The position numbers were made by a program, and so were the translations under genes. 64,000 bases of DNA, taken from positions 8,481-72,480 of the forward strand of contig JANXEN010000001.1 of the NCBI GenBank assembly GCA_025058345.1. Direction: 5' to 3'. Origin of the DNA: Sulfolobales archaeon (lineage in GTDB: Archaea > Thermoproteota > Thermoprotei_A > Sulfolobales > NBVN01). Numbering within the stretch: position 1 is the first letter of the stretch; each line of letters begins with the position of its first letter. Below are positions 26,422 to 36,786 of the stretch, piece after piece. The notes under the pieces are model-generated. The model was not told the origin of the DNA. It saw only the letters and a list, made by a program, of their open reading frames with translations, and did no database searches.

Positions 26422-28275
26422 TCATTCAGAGAGCTCCTTCAGATAATGAAGTGTAGGCCTCATAGTTAGGTATGGAGGGAGCATAGAATCCACTCTTGGA
26501 TAGCCTTCTAAGTCCTTACTCAACACCTCCAATAAGTCGTTAATCGTCATAACTCTCTGTATATTCGAACTCCTTATCCTTACATTAAGGGTTCTAGTCT
26601 TAAACTCCCTCTCACCTATAACTACTACATAGGGAATCCACTCAATGCCGGCTTCCCTAATCTTCTTAGCAAGCGTTAAATCCCTGTTATCTAGGTCTGC
26701 TCTTATACCGTTACTTAGCAACAAGTTCAACACTTCAGCAGCGAAGTTGAGGAATTCACCTGAGATCGGTATTATACGCACTTGAATGGGTGCGAGCCAG
26801 GTAGGTAAGTTAGGGGTCTTCCCACTAGACTCATCCTGTACAGCCTTATCTAACACTGCGTAGATATACCTCTCTATAGACCCTATTAATGCGGTATGTA
26901 TTATGACTGGGTACTTCTCAATCCCCGCCTCATCGACGTATCTAATGTTAAACCTTGCGGAATTCCCCACATCTATCTGAAATGTAGCAACCTCCCTAGG
27001 TCTCTTAAGATCATCGATGACGTTATATTCAATATTAATAACCCAGTAATATACTCCAGACGGGTAAAGAGTTATTAAGGCCGGCCTACCCATCCTCCTA
27101 ACAAGCTCTACAACGTAGTCCCTATTAGTCTCGAAAAAGTCTTCAGTAACGTTGTATATCGCTATATACTCCCTACCCAACTTCCTCATCTCATCTAATA
27201 TCTTCTCCTGAACTTTGAATGAGAAGTTCTTACCCTCATTTAAATCCCTCAACAATATATGTAGGTCAGGCATGTAGAACTTCCTTAGCCTGAAGCACAG
27301 AACTAACTCACCCTTTTGCTCAAACCTGTAGCTATCAGCTATTTCGAAGACACCGAGAGGCAGCTCTTTATAGCTAATTACCCAGTCTTTAATCATGGCG
27401 AACTGTTGATGGCATGCGGCATACCTCATAACGAGTTTACTGCCCTCAGACTCAACCTCATATAGTCTATCACCGAAGAGGTCCGCATGCTCTTTGATGG
27501 GTCTGTACTTAAGGTTAAACATGTTTGTACCCATAACCCTAACTACAGGTATGCCTAGAGACTTGGCAACCATCCACGAATATTCTTTAACTGCCTCAAT
27601 CATTGCAGTAGCGTGGGGTTCATACCTCATATGGCCGCTGTCCGACATAGGCTCCCACTCAAAGCCGAACTTCCTGCATACATCGAAAATCCGTGACTTA
27701 CCTCCAGGTAATTCTTTCTTAAATACTTCCTTCTCAGTAAGTATCTTAAGGTCCTCCTCCCCTGGCTTAAAGACGTACTCCTCAGGGCTGTAAATACCTC
27801 CATCAGGAGTTATTATTAAGTACCTCCGCGTAGTGGTGGATTGTCTTGCGATTTCCTCACCTCTATACTCTCTAGACAACTCAGATAGTGGGTGTCCATA
27901 ACACTTTATTTCGAAGGCCTTATACCAACCGAAAGGAGACCTATATACCTTAATGTTCTTCTCCGCAAGTCCCCTCTCTAAGTGATTCAATACGTTAATT
28001 GCTTCTTCAGGGCCTGCTAACCTAGGCGATAGATGCGCGTATGGATATAGGACGATGGCTGAGGCTTTAACCTTAGAATAGATGTTAGTTAAGTCCTCAA
28101 CAGCCTTCGCTACTAAGTTATTAACTGCCTTACCATCACCTTCTTCAACTGTTGTGAAGACCACAACTACGTTACTGAATTCGCCCCTAGTGGTGGGTGC
28201 AATTTCAGCATCTTCTATAGCCCTCTCCCGAACCTCATACCTAAAATACTCAGCATGTATTACAAGTACGCGCAA
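26422..28275 (-). CDS. thrS: Threonyl-tRNA synthetase (full length, with archaeal-type N-terminal editing domain)
   Basis: The ORF is open to 28335, but the conserved N-terminus 'RVLVIHAEYFRYEV' follows in-frame TTG at 28275. Class II core and C-terminal anticodon-binding domain are present. Confidence 0.9.
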   Translation of the reverse strand: MRVLVIHAEYFRYEVRERAIEDAEIAPTTRGEFSNVVVVFTTVEEGDGKAVNNLVAKAVEDLTNIYSKVKASAIVLYPYAHLSPRLAGPEEAINVLNHLERGLAEKNIKVYRSPFGWYKAFEIKCYGHPLSELSREYRGEEIARQSTTTRRYLIITPDGGIYSPEEYVFKPGEEDLKILTEKEVFKKELPGGKSRIFDVCRKFGFEWEPMSDSGHMRYEPHATAMIEAVKEYSWMVAKSLGIPVVRVMGTNMFNLKYRPIKEHADLFGDRLYEVESEGSKLVMRYAACHQQFAMIKDWVISYKELPLGVFEIADSYRFEQKGELVLCFRLRKFYMPDLHILLRDLNEGKNFSFKVQEKILDEMRKLGREYIAIYNVTEDFFETNRDYVVELVRRMGRPALITLYPSGVYYWVINIEYNVIDDLKRPREVATFQIDVGNSARFNIRYVDEAGIEKYPVIIHTALIGSIERYIYAVLDKAVQDESSGKTPNLPTWLAPIQVRIIPISGEFLNFAAEVLNLLLSNGIRADLDNRDLTLAKKIREAGIEWIPYVVVIGEREFKTRTLNVRIRSSNIQRVMTINDLLEVLSKDLEGYPRVDSMLPPYLTMRPTLHYLKELSE

Positions 28276-28399
28276 CTCTCCCCACTCATATTGGAATTGA
28301 CGGTGGAGGTTAATAAATTGAGGTCTTAAGACCACTAAGTATCAATCATTTAAAAATCGGAGGTAGAATATACTTTAGGTAATTAGTCGGTGTTTACTA

Positions 28400-29395
28400 A
28401 TGCCAGATATAACCATCAACGATAGAGGTGCAGTACTGATCGATAAAGCACTGACGATCGACGGACACAGCACAAATCCTCTGAGAGTTGTAACACACAT
28501 ACATTCAGACCATGTAAGAGATTTAAGTAAAAGCGTTAACCACTGCAGAGGTGTAGTTGCAACACCCTTAACCCTAGACTGGTTGATCGAGTTAGGCCAT
28601 AAAGTGGGTAAAGGTAATTGCTTAAAGCTTGATTACGGCTCTAAAATAAAAATTGACGGTTTAGAAGTAACGTTTGAGCGGGCTTACCACATACCCGGAA
28701 CTTCCCAAGTAGTAACTACAGATGGTGATGGGTTAAAAACAGTCTACACCAGCGACTTCAAAAAACCTGGTAAGGGGACACCTATAGTAGATTGTGATGT
28801 CTTAATTATTGATGCTGTATATGGTAACCCCTCACACATTAGGGAATTCGACGACTATATAGAGGACGTATTGACTGACTTAGTTAGGCAACTACTCAGT
28901 AAGGGACCTGTAGTTATTCAAGGCTATCACGGGAAGCTTCAGGAAGTTATGCAAGTACTCAGAGCCAACGGAGTAGATGCACCTATATTACTTACCCCTA
29001 AAGTCTATAGATTAACTCAGGTTGCTGAAAAGCATGGCTTAAAGGTAAGTAACTACGTCTCAGTAGACTCTGAGGATGGGGCAGAAGTCATGAGGACTAA
29101 GTGGTTTTTGATGATGGATCATGTAAACTCTAGATATAGCCGCAACCTCAATGGTTTTAAAGCGTCTAAAATACTTCTAAGCGGTTGGGAATTCAAAAAA
29201 CCGTATAGATACTTAGGGTATAGTAAATGGTTAGTGGCTTTCAGCGATCACGCAGACTTTAAAGGCCTTATGGACTACGTAATAAATTCAAACCCCAAAC
29301 TAGTTATTGTTAATTCCGTGAGAAGTTCCTACGCGGATTTATTCGCTGATGCGGTAAGACGTACCGCTAAAAAGGAATGTGTCGTTATGCCATGA
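28400..29395 (+). CDS. Metallo-beta-lactamase / beta-CASP-like fold nuclease
   Basis: 'THIHSDHV' (HxHxDH), 'YHIPGTS', 'IDAVYGN' and 'AFSDHADF' motifs in a 331-aa protein. Confidence 0.65.
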   Translation: MPDITINDRGAVLIDKALTIDGHSTNPLRVVTHIHSDHVRDLSKSVNHCRGVVATPLTLDWLIELGHKVGKGNCLKLDYGSKIKIDGLEVTFERAYHIPGTSQVVTTDGDGLKTVYTSDFKKPGKGTPIVDCDVLIIDAVYGNPSHIREFDDYIEDVLTDLVRQLLSKGPVVIQGYHGKLQEVMQVLRANGVDAPILLTPKVYRLTQVAEKHGLKVSNYVSVDSEDGAEVMRTKWFLMMDHVNSRYSRNLNGFKASKILLSGWEFKKPYRYLGYSKWLVAFSDHADFKGLMDYVINSNPKLVIVNSVRSSYADLFADAVRRTAKKECVVMP

Positions 29396-29466
29396 CAAAT
29401 CATAGCGGGTACAACAAATTTAATAGATTCATTTTAAGAACTTTATAGTAGGTTGGAAGTGGGATA

Positions 29467-30984
29467 TTGAGTGATACTAAGGTTAGGAAGCTGGAGGACC
29501 TAAATATCAGTCCAGCAATTATCGGTAAGTTAAGAGAAGCTGGCTACAAGACCTTAGAGGCTATAGCTGCTGCTAACATTAATGAATTATCAACAGTCGT
29601 GGGTATACCTCTACCTACAGCTCAGAGGATAGTTAATCAAGCCCGCGAGGCCTTAGGTCTTAGGTTTAAGACAGCGTTGGAGGTTAAGAAAGAGAGACTA
29701 AGCATCAAAAAAATCACTACAGGCTCTAAAAACTTAGATAGTTTATTAGGCGGTGGCGTCGAAATTAAGACGATAACAGAACTGTTTGGTGAGTACGGCA
29801 CAGGTAAGTGCTTCATAAAGAATACTGAAGTTACGTACTTCGACTGCAATGAGACGCTCGTTGAAACTATTGAAGAGATGTATAATAGGTATAGGGACCT
29901 CTATACTGAACGCCCATATGATACTGGCTACTTAGTTCAAGTCAGAGGTATCTACGTACCGGCAATAATTGATGGGCGTATAGCGGTTGTAGGTACTAGC
30001 GGTATTTACAGAGAGAGAGTTAGAGATATTACAGAGATAGAGTTAAGTAACGGAATTACGTTAAAGGTTACATCAAACCACCCTATGTTAACCTTAGTTG
30101 ACGGTGGGCTAAAGTGGAGTGCTGTAAAATACCTAAAGCCCGGAACTAAAGTGGTCGGCATTAAAGACTTACTTAGACTTAAATCGCTGTCTGAATTGCC
30201 GCGCGTATATGTCCATAGGAAGGCGTCTTCGACGGACATAGCTCAGTCAAACGAGTTGACCTCACATGTGGTGAAGGACGTAAGGACTGTAAGATATGAT
30301 GACTATGTCTATGACTTAGTCGTCCCAGATGTACATTATTTCATAGCACCTAACGGCTTAATACTCCATAACACGCAGATATGCCACCAGCTTTCAGTTA
30401 ACGTCCAACTGCCTGTGGAGAAGGGAGGTCTTGACGGCAAAGCAATGTATATAGATAGTGAAGGTACGTTCAGGTGGGAACGTGTTGAGGCAATGGCGAG
30501 GGGACTTGGTCTAGACCCTGACGGCGTTATGGAGAACATCATCTACATAAGAGCAGTCAACAGCGACCATCAAATAGCAATAGTTGATGAGATAATGGAG
30601 TTAATACCTAAGGAAAATATAAAGTTACTCGTCATTGACTCAGTCACAGGTCATTTCAGGGCTGAATACCCAGGCCGTGAGAACTTAGCCCTCAGACAGC
30701 AGAAACTCAATAGACACCTACATCAACTCAATAGAATCGCAGATATGTACGACATAGCTGTAGTGGTAACTAATCAGGTTATGGCAAGACCCGACGTCTT
30801 CTACGGTGACCCAACGCAAGCGGTTGGAGGACATATACTAGCCCACGCACCTGGTGTTAGAGTTCAACTACGGAGAAGTAGGGGGAATAGGAGGATCGCG
30901 AGGATTGTAGACGCGCCGCACCTCCCGGAAGGTGAAGCGGTATTCGCGATTACTGAAGTAGGAATTAAGGATGTTGAGGAATGA
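29467..30984 (+). CDS. radA: DNA repair and recombination protein RadA, interrupted by a mini-intein
   Basis: TTG start. N-terminal HhH domain. Walker A is split as 'GEYGTGK' | intein | 'TQICHQL'. The extein sums to 317 aa. Walker B is 'LLVIDSV'. Confidence 0.9.
   Translation: MSDTKVRKLEDLNISPAIIGKLREAGYKTLEAIAAANINELSTVVGIPLPTAQRIVNQAREALGLRFKTALEVKKERLSIKKITTGSKNLDSLLGGGVEIKTITELFGEYGTGKCFIKNTEVTYFDCNETLVETIEEMYNRYRDLYTERPYDTGYLVQVRGIYVPAIIDGRIAVVGTSGIYRERVRDITEIELSNGITLKVTSNHPMLTLVDGGLKWSAVKYLKPGTKVVGIKDLLRLKSLSELPRVYVHRKASSTDIAQSNELTSHVVKDVRTVRYDDYVYDLVVPDVHYFIAPNGLILHNTQICHQLSVNVQLPVEKGGLDGKAMYIDSEGTFRWERVEAMARGLGLDPDGVMENIIYIRAVNSDHQIAIVDEIMELIPKENIKLLVIDSVTGHFRAEYPGRENLALRQQKLNRHLHQLNRIADMYDIAVVVTNQVMARPDVFYGDPTQAVGGHILAHAPGVRVQLRRSRGNRRIARIVDAPHLPEGEAVFAITEVGIKDVEE
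29809..30372 (+). mobile_element. 188-aa mini-intein in the RadA P-loop
   Basis: Starts with Cys ('CFIKN'), has block B 'VTSNHPMLT', ends '[22 protein letters not shown]', and is followed by +1 Thr. Coordinates were derived by codon counting from 29467. I did not recognise a LAGLIDADG motif. Confidence 0.85.
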
Positions 30985-31742
30985 TCTTGGGATTAGAAAC
31001 GATTTACAGTTCAATACCCGTAGTAGCTACCTTAATTACTTTAGTGGTAGCCTCCTTCTACGACTTGAGAACTAGGGAAATTAAGGAGATTATATGGATT
31101 CCCGCACTTATAGTATCCGCTATATTCACTTACTTCGTCACGAAGCCAAGCATGCTGGTATTCATTTTTTCAATAATCCCTGCAGCACTAGTGTTTATTC
31201 TCATGTTGTTGGGTCTCATAGGTGGGGCTGACTTCCTAGCAATGCTCCTCATAGGTATATCAACACCACTTCTAAACGTCTTACCGATACCGCTACTCAC
31301 ACTACTCTACTCAGCATTAATTCCATCAGCCCTAGTCATCTACAACCTCCTTATAAACACTGTAAAATACTTAAAGGAATACAGAAAGTTAGAATGTACT
31401 AACACCTCTAAGTGGTTGTTACTGCTTTTAGGAAGACCTACTAAGGTTAGGGACTTCATGAGGAGTAAATTCATGTACCCATTAACTATTTTCAGATGTC
31501 GACCTAAAAAATGCGAGGTGATATGTAGGTCATCCTTCGACATAAACGAAGATTTTAAAGACCATGTAAATCAAGTTAGTGCTTACTTAAGTAGCGGGTA
31601 TCTGAGTGAGGATGACTACGTTTGGGTAACTCCAGCATTACCACACATCCTTTTCATAACTATAGGTTATTTACTGGCGTTAATAACTCCAGGACAACTT
31701 ATTTACAACGCATTTAACTCAGTGTTAAGCTTTCTTCGGTGA
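30981..31742 (+). CDS. A24-family prepilin/prearchaellin peptidase (PibD/FlaK-like)
   Basis: Polytopic membrane protein with the two aspartyl motifs 'FYDLRTREI' and '[11 protein letters not shown]'. Its start overlaps the radA stop (ATGA). Confidence 0.7.
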   Translation: MILGLETIYSSIPVVATLITLVVASFYDLRTREIKEIIWIPALIVSAIFTYFVTKPSMLVFIFSIIPAALVFILMLLGLIGGADFLAMLLIGISTPLLNVLPIPLLTLLYSALIPSALVIYNLLINTVKYLKEYRKLECTNTSKWLLLLLGRPTKVRDFMRSKFMYPLTIFRCRPKKCEVICRSSFDINEDFKDHVNQVSAYLSSGYLSEDDYVWVTPALPHILFITIGYLLALITPGQLIYNAFNSVLSFLR

Positions 31743-31748
31743 TCTACG

Positions 31749-32240
31749 ATGACCTTCAGGGTTTTATGGGCTCCCTGGCGCATAAAGTACATAACTAAAC
31801 AACATGATAAGACCTGCATATTTTGTGATGCGAGGACTAAACCAGATGAGGAATCGTACGTAATCCACAGAGGTTCCGCAGCCTTAATCATGCTGAATAT
31901 CTTCCCCTACAATACGGCGCATGTGATGGTTGCGCCCTACAGACATGTAAATAGCTTAGAGCTGCTAAGTGATGAGGAACTTCTAGACCTAATGAGGTTG
32001 ATTAAACTATCGATTAAAGCAATAGATTCCGAGTATAGACCTCAGGGCTATAACGTAGGGGCTAACTTAGGTCACGTAGCCGGTGCTGGGTTTGAGGGCC
32101 ACCTCCACATACATGTAGTACCTCGGTGGTTAGGTGATACCAACTTCATGCCACTAATCGCTAACGTTAAAGTGATCCCAGAAGACATTAAGGAGACGTA
32201 TTTAAGGTTGAAAAAAGCCGTCAGTGGAATTATTCTATAG
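31749..32240 (+). CDS. HIT-family (histidine triad) nucleotide hydrolase/transferase
   Basis: 'GHLHIHVVPR' histidine triad. Confidence 0.85.
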   Translation: MTFRVLWAPWRIKYITKQHDKTCIFCDARTKPDEESYVIHRGSAALIMLNIFPYNTAHVMVAPYRHVNSLELLSDEELLDLMRLIKLSIKAIDSEYRPQGYNVGANLGHVAGAGFEGHLHIHVVPRWLGDTNFMPLIANVKVIPEDIKETYLRLKKAVSGIIL

Positions 32241-32253
32241 TTTTGAAATAACG

Positions 32254-33711
32254 TTACTTCTTAAGGAAGCCTGCGTACCTAGCCCACTGATATAGGGCGC
32301 CGAGAACCCTTACAGCTCTTTCAGGCTGGCAGAAGAATGCAGGTACCTGAGCATGCGTCTCTATATAATCGATTGCCTGTAGGGTTTCGGGAATATCACC
32401 ACTCATAGACACAACTACCGGTTTATCCATGCCGTTAGCTCTAGCCTCATTAACGCCCTCAACAACCGACTTAGCGAACTCCATAGGCGGCGTTATAACA
32501 GTATGCCAGTGACCTATGATTATTGCGTCAGTCTTCGGATGCATCAACGCTAGCTTAATACCTTTTTGAACCATATCAGGTGTGCATGATCCGGTAATAT
32601 CCATCGGGTTACCGAAGGCACCGAACGGCGGCACAAATTTCTTGAACTCATCTACTAAGTCTTGCGGTGCCTCCATTAAGTGTAGGTTGTTATCAGCTGC
32701 TGCGTCGCAGAGTAAGACCCCTAAACCGCCTGCCATGGTAATTATGAATACGTTCTCACCTTTAGGCGGTGGAAGCATCGCTAACGACCTACCAACGTCG
32801 AATAACTCATCTAACGCATATACTCTTATAACACCTGCCTTCTTAAAGGCAGCATTAATGACTTCATCAGATGCTGTTAAGGCTGCTGTATGGGACTTCG
32901 CTGCCTTTTCACCGTATCCAGTCCTTCCAGCCTTCAACACTACTATTGGTTTCTTCTTCGAAACAATCTTAGCGGTCTCAATGAACTTCTTACCATCCTT
33001 TATAGACTCCATGTGGAATGAAATTGCCTTAGTATGCTCATCAGCGTAGAAATACCAAAGCAGGTCCGCATGATCTATGTCTGACATATTACCTAAACCC
33101 ACGTTTATGGAGATACCTGCCTTCTTCCATCTAGCGAAACCGAAAGAAGCCATACCAACTCCTCCACTCTGAGCTACAACAGCTAAACCTCCCTTATGTT
33201 CATACGGTATAGTGAATGATAGGCTTAAGTTATACCAAGGACTGTAGATGCCGTACGTGTTCGGGCCAATAATCCGAACTCCGTACTGCCTAGCCATGCG
33301 GACTAACTTCTCTTGCAACTCAGGATTACCTGTTTCAGCAAAACCTGATGAGACTACCACAGCTACAGGAACCTTCTTCTCAGCTAATGATGGGATGACA
33401 TCAGGAACCATTGCAGCTGGAATAGAGATTAAGGCAGAATCTACTTCAGGGTCTGGAACCTCCCTAATGTCTGGGTAACATTTAAGTCCTAGTATCTCAG
33501 CAGCTCTGGGGTTTATAGGGTAAATCTTGCCCTTATATCCACCATCTACTAAATTCTTAATTACAGCATATCCTACTCTGCCTGGCTCCCTAGAAGCTCC
33601 GATAACTGCCACACTCCTAGGTCTGAAGAACCTCATAAATCTGTTTATTAAGTCTTTCCCATATTCTGGAATACCCTCTACACTATACGAACTCATAATC
33701 CACACCAACAT
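32254..33711 (-). CDS. ADP-forming acetyl-CoA synthetase alpha-type subunit (CoA-binding / succinyl-CoA-ligase-like)
   Basis: 'PRSVAVIGASREPGRVGY' CoA-binding Rossmann motif, 'IGPNTYG', and ligase-CoA domains. Confidence 0.75.
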   Translation of the reverse strand: MLVWIMSSYSVEGIPEYGKDLINRFMRFFRPRSVAVIGASREPGRVGYAVIKNLVDGGYKGKIYPINPRAAEILGLKCYPDIREVPDPEVDSALISIPAAMVPDVIPSLAEKKVPVAVVVSSGFAETGNPELQEKLVRMARQYGVRIIGPNTYGIYSPWYNLSLSFTIPYEHKGGLAVVAQSGGVGMASFGFARWKKAGISINVGLGNMSDIDHADLLWYFYADEHTKAISFHMESIKDGKKFIETAKIVSKKKPIVVLKAGRTGYGEKAAKSHTAALTASDEVINAAFKKAGVIRVYALDELFDVGRSLAMLPPPKGENVFIITMAGGLGVLLCDAAADNNLHLMEAPQDLVDEFKKFVPPFGAFGNPMDITGSCTPDMVQKGIKLALMHPKTDAIIIGHWHTVITPPMEFAKSVVEGVNEARANGMDKPVVVSMSGDIPETLQAIDYIETHAQVPAFFCQPERAVRVLGALYQWARYAGFLKK

Positions 33712-33791
33712 AAATTTAAGGGAAGTCTATTTAAACGTTTACGTTAATGAAGTTCTAAGATTTTTAAGCGTGTAGGATTATTTTCGTATCG

Positions 33792-36764
33792 GTGTCAGTT
33801 ATTGATTTGGCTGGCTTGAAGGTTAAGGATGTTGAGGGAGAGGTTAGGAAGTTCTGGAGTAGACATAACATACCGTCTAGATGGAGGGAATGGAGAGAGA
33901 ATACCCCAACGTTTACGTTCTTAGAAGGTCCCCCCACAACCAACGGCTTCCCACACGTAGGCCATATCAGAGGTAGGACGTATAAAGACTTCGTGCTTAG
34001 GTACTACAGACTTAAGGGGTATAACGTTTGGGCGCAGGCTGGTTGGGATGAACAGGGATTGCCAGTTGAGGTCGAAGTCGAGAAGAAGTTAGGGTTGAAG
34101 AACAAGAAAGACGTAGAGGTATTGGGGTATGAAAAATTCGTAAGCGAGTGTAATAAGTTAGTAGACCACTACTTAAAGGTTTGGACGGACGTCGGTACTT
34201 CAAGGCTTGGTTTATGGCTTGACTTAGTAGACGCCTACGAGACACGTAAATCACACTACATAGAACACGTATGGCACTTTATTAAGAGGATGTATGAGAA
34301 GGGTTTACTTTTCGAAGGGTTTAGAGTACTTCCTTACTGCCCTAGATGTGAAACCGCCCTAAGTGACGCTGAAGTAGATCAGGGATATGACGAGAAAGTA
34401 TCACCATCAATTTACGTTAAGTTCAAATTAGCTAATGATGATAGAACCTACCTACTTATTTGGACAACTACTCCGTGGACGTTAATAGACAATGAAGCCG
34501 TTGCTGTAAGGGGTGATGGAGACTACTGTAAGGCGGCCTTAGGTGATGAATACATCATAGTTGGTAAGGACTTAATCACTAATATCTCGAGGTTACTAAA
34601 CGTCGATCTAAAATGTGTTGAGGAGTTTAAAGGTGAGGTTTTGAAAGGACTTAAATATGAGCATCCATTAATTAATGAAGTTCCGATACATAAGGAACAT
34701 AACTCACATTCAGTGCTTACAGCTGAATTCGTATCGCTGAATGAGGGTTCTGGACTAGTTCATATGGCACCTGCACACGGACCCGAAGACTTCGAAATAG
34801 GCGTTAAGTACAACCTACCTATAACTAATAGCGTAAACGTAAGTGGGGTATTCAACGATTTAGGCGGATACTTTAAAAACTTAACCATTGAAGGTGCTTC
34901 AAGGAAAGTCGTAGATGTGTTGAAGTCTAAAGGTCTTTTAGTGTATGAGGGTACTGTAACTCATATGTATCCGCATTGCTGGCGGTGTGGGACACCACTA
35001 ATATACAGGACAGATAAGCAGTGGTTTTTGAGAATAAGTTCCGTAAAGGAAGAACTTACCAAGAACTTAGATATGGTTAACATATATCCGGAAAAACTAC
35101 GTGATAGGTTCTACAACTGGTTAGCCAACGCTAAAGACTGGACTATATCTAGGTCAAGGATTTGGGGTACCCCACTACCTATATGGAAATGTAGGGAGGA
35201 CCCCGATAAGATTTTAGTCATAGGTTCTATCGAAGAACTCACTAAGTTAGCTGTAGAGCTTCCAAAAGTAGACAATGATAGATTAGTGCATAGACCGTGG
35301 ATAGATCACATAAAAATATCAACTGATGACTGCAGTGAGTGGGTCCGTGAACCATACGTAATAGATGTATGGATAGATAGCGGTATTGCCTGGATGGCTA
35401 GTATTGATGGATTGAGGAATTCAGAACTCTTTAAGAAACTCTACCCATACGACTTCGTCACAGAGGCTATTGACCAGACTAGAGGTTGGTTCTACTCACT
35501 ACTAACAACTTCAGTGTTGATGAATGGTAAACCTCCATATAAGAACATATTGATTCAGGGACATGTTGTTGATAAGTACGGTCAAAAGATGAGTAAATCT
35601 AAAGGCAACGTCATCTGGGCCCAAGACATATTCGATAGATATGGAGTCGACCCAGTTAGGGCTTACATTCTCACCAAATTCGCTCCAGGGGATGTATTCT
35701 CCTTCGACCCAGATGAGGTCAAGGAAATGGTGAATAAACTAAACATTGTTTGGAACGTCTATAGATTTGCGCAAATGTATATGTCATTAGATAAGTTCAA
35801 CCCAGCGACCCATAGATTAGAAGTACTCCTCAGTTCAGCTAAGGATGAAGACTTATGGATACTTTCGAAATTCTACAGTACGTTAAAGGCGTATGAAACC
35901 CACATGAGTAGGTACGACCTACATCAATCAAGTAGGGTAATTTTCGAATACCTAATTGAGTACTTAAGCCATAGATATGTGAGGCTCATAAGACCGAGGG
36001 TATGGCGGGAAGAAGGTGATGATAAATTTGCGGCTTATGCAGTACTTTATAAGGTCCTAAAGGAGTCACTTAAAATGCTAGCACCTATAATACCTCATCT
36101 AAGTGAGTACTTATGGCAGCACTTCGTGAAGCAGTACGAGCCTAATGAGGCTGATAGCGTCCATTTAAGTGTGTTACCTAATATCGTAGAAGAATACATA
36201 AGGAGTGATCTTGAGGCATCTTTTGAACTAATTTTCGACGTATACGCGTCAGTAAGCTCTATTAGAAACTCGCTTGGCATCAAACTTAGATGGCCTATTA
36301 AGGAGGTAGTAATAGAGATTGATAAGGATAGCGTTGATATACTTTCAAAACACCTAAACATAATTAAGTTCCTAACCAATAGTAAAGATGCCTTAATAAC
36401 CTATGAACTACCTAACAAGTGCTTTAGCGATGATTTCCTAACTAAAGACTTTAACACGTTTAAGGCATGTGTAAGTAAGTCGATAGATAAGGAACTATAC
36501 TATGAGGGAATAGCTAAGGAGTTGATTAGAAGGATCCAGGTAATGAGGAATAAGGCTAATCTACAAGTAGATGAATTCATAGAACTCTCTATACTTACAG
36601 ATGATGCTGAAGTTAGGGAGTCGATCAACATGTTTCGCGACTTCATATTGAACGAGACTAGAGCAACATCAATAGCTGAGAATACGGAAGATATGTACGT
36701 AGTTGAGTGGGATCTCGAAGGTAAGAAAGTCGCTATCGGATTAAGGAAATTGAAGAGCCAATAA
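33792..36764 (+). CDS. ileS: Isoleucyl-tRNA synthetase
   Basis: GTG start. 'EGPPTTNGFPHVGH' (HIGH), 'AGWDEQGLPVEVEVEKKLGL', 'DQTRGWFYSL' and 'KMSKSKGN'. The pattern matches Thermus/archaeal-type IleRS. Confidence 0.8.
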   Translation: MSVIDLAGLKVKDVEGEVRKFWSRHNIPSRWREWRENTPTFTFLEGPPTTNGFPHVGHIRGRTYKDFVLRYYRLKGYNVWAQAGWDEQGLPVEVEVEKKLGLKNKKDVEVLGYEKFVSECNKLVDHYLKVWTDVGTSRLGLWLDLVDAYETRKSHYIEHVWHFIKRMYEKGLLFEGFRVLPYCPRCETALSDAEVDQGYDEKVSPSIYVKFKLANDDRTYLLIWTTTPWTLIDNEAVAVRGDGDYCKAALGDEYIIVGKDLITNISRLLNVDLKCVEEFKGEVLKGLKYEHPLINEVPIHKEHNSHSVLTAEFVSLNEGSGLVHMAPAHGPEDFEIGVKYNLPITNSVNVSGVFNDLGGYFKNLTIEGASRKVVDVLKSKGLLVYEGTVTHMYPHCWRCGTPLIYRTDKQWFLRISSVKEELTKNLDMVNIYPEKLRDRFYNWLANAKDWTISRSRIWGTPLPIWKCREDPDKILVIGSIEELTKLAVELPKVDNDRLVHRPWIDHIKISTDDCSEWVREPYVIDVWIDSGIAWMASIDGLRNSELFKKLYPYDFVTEAIDQTRGWFYSLLTTSVLMNGKPPYKNILIQGHVVDKYGQKMSKSKGNVIWAQDIFDRYGVDPVRAYILTKFAPGDVFSFDPDEVKEMVNKLNIVWNVYRFAQMYMSLDKFNPATHRLEVLLSSAKDEDLWILSKFYSTLKAYETHMSRYDLHQSSRVIFEYLIEYLSHRYVRLIRPRVWREEGDDKFAAYAVLYKVLKESLKMLAPIIPHLSEYLWQHFVKQYEPNEADSVHLSVLPNIVEEYIRSDLEASFELIFDVYASVSSIRNSLGIKLRWPIKEVVIEIDKDSVDILSKHLNIIKFLTNSKDALITYELPNKCFSDDFLTKDFNTFKACVSKSIDKELYYEGIAKELIRRIQVMRNKANLQVDEFIELSILTDDAEVRESINMFRDFILNETRATSIAENTEDMYVVEWDLEGKKVAIGLRKLKSQ

Positions 36765-36786
36765 ATTATTACTTTAAGCCAATGAG

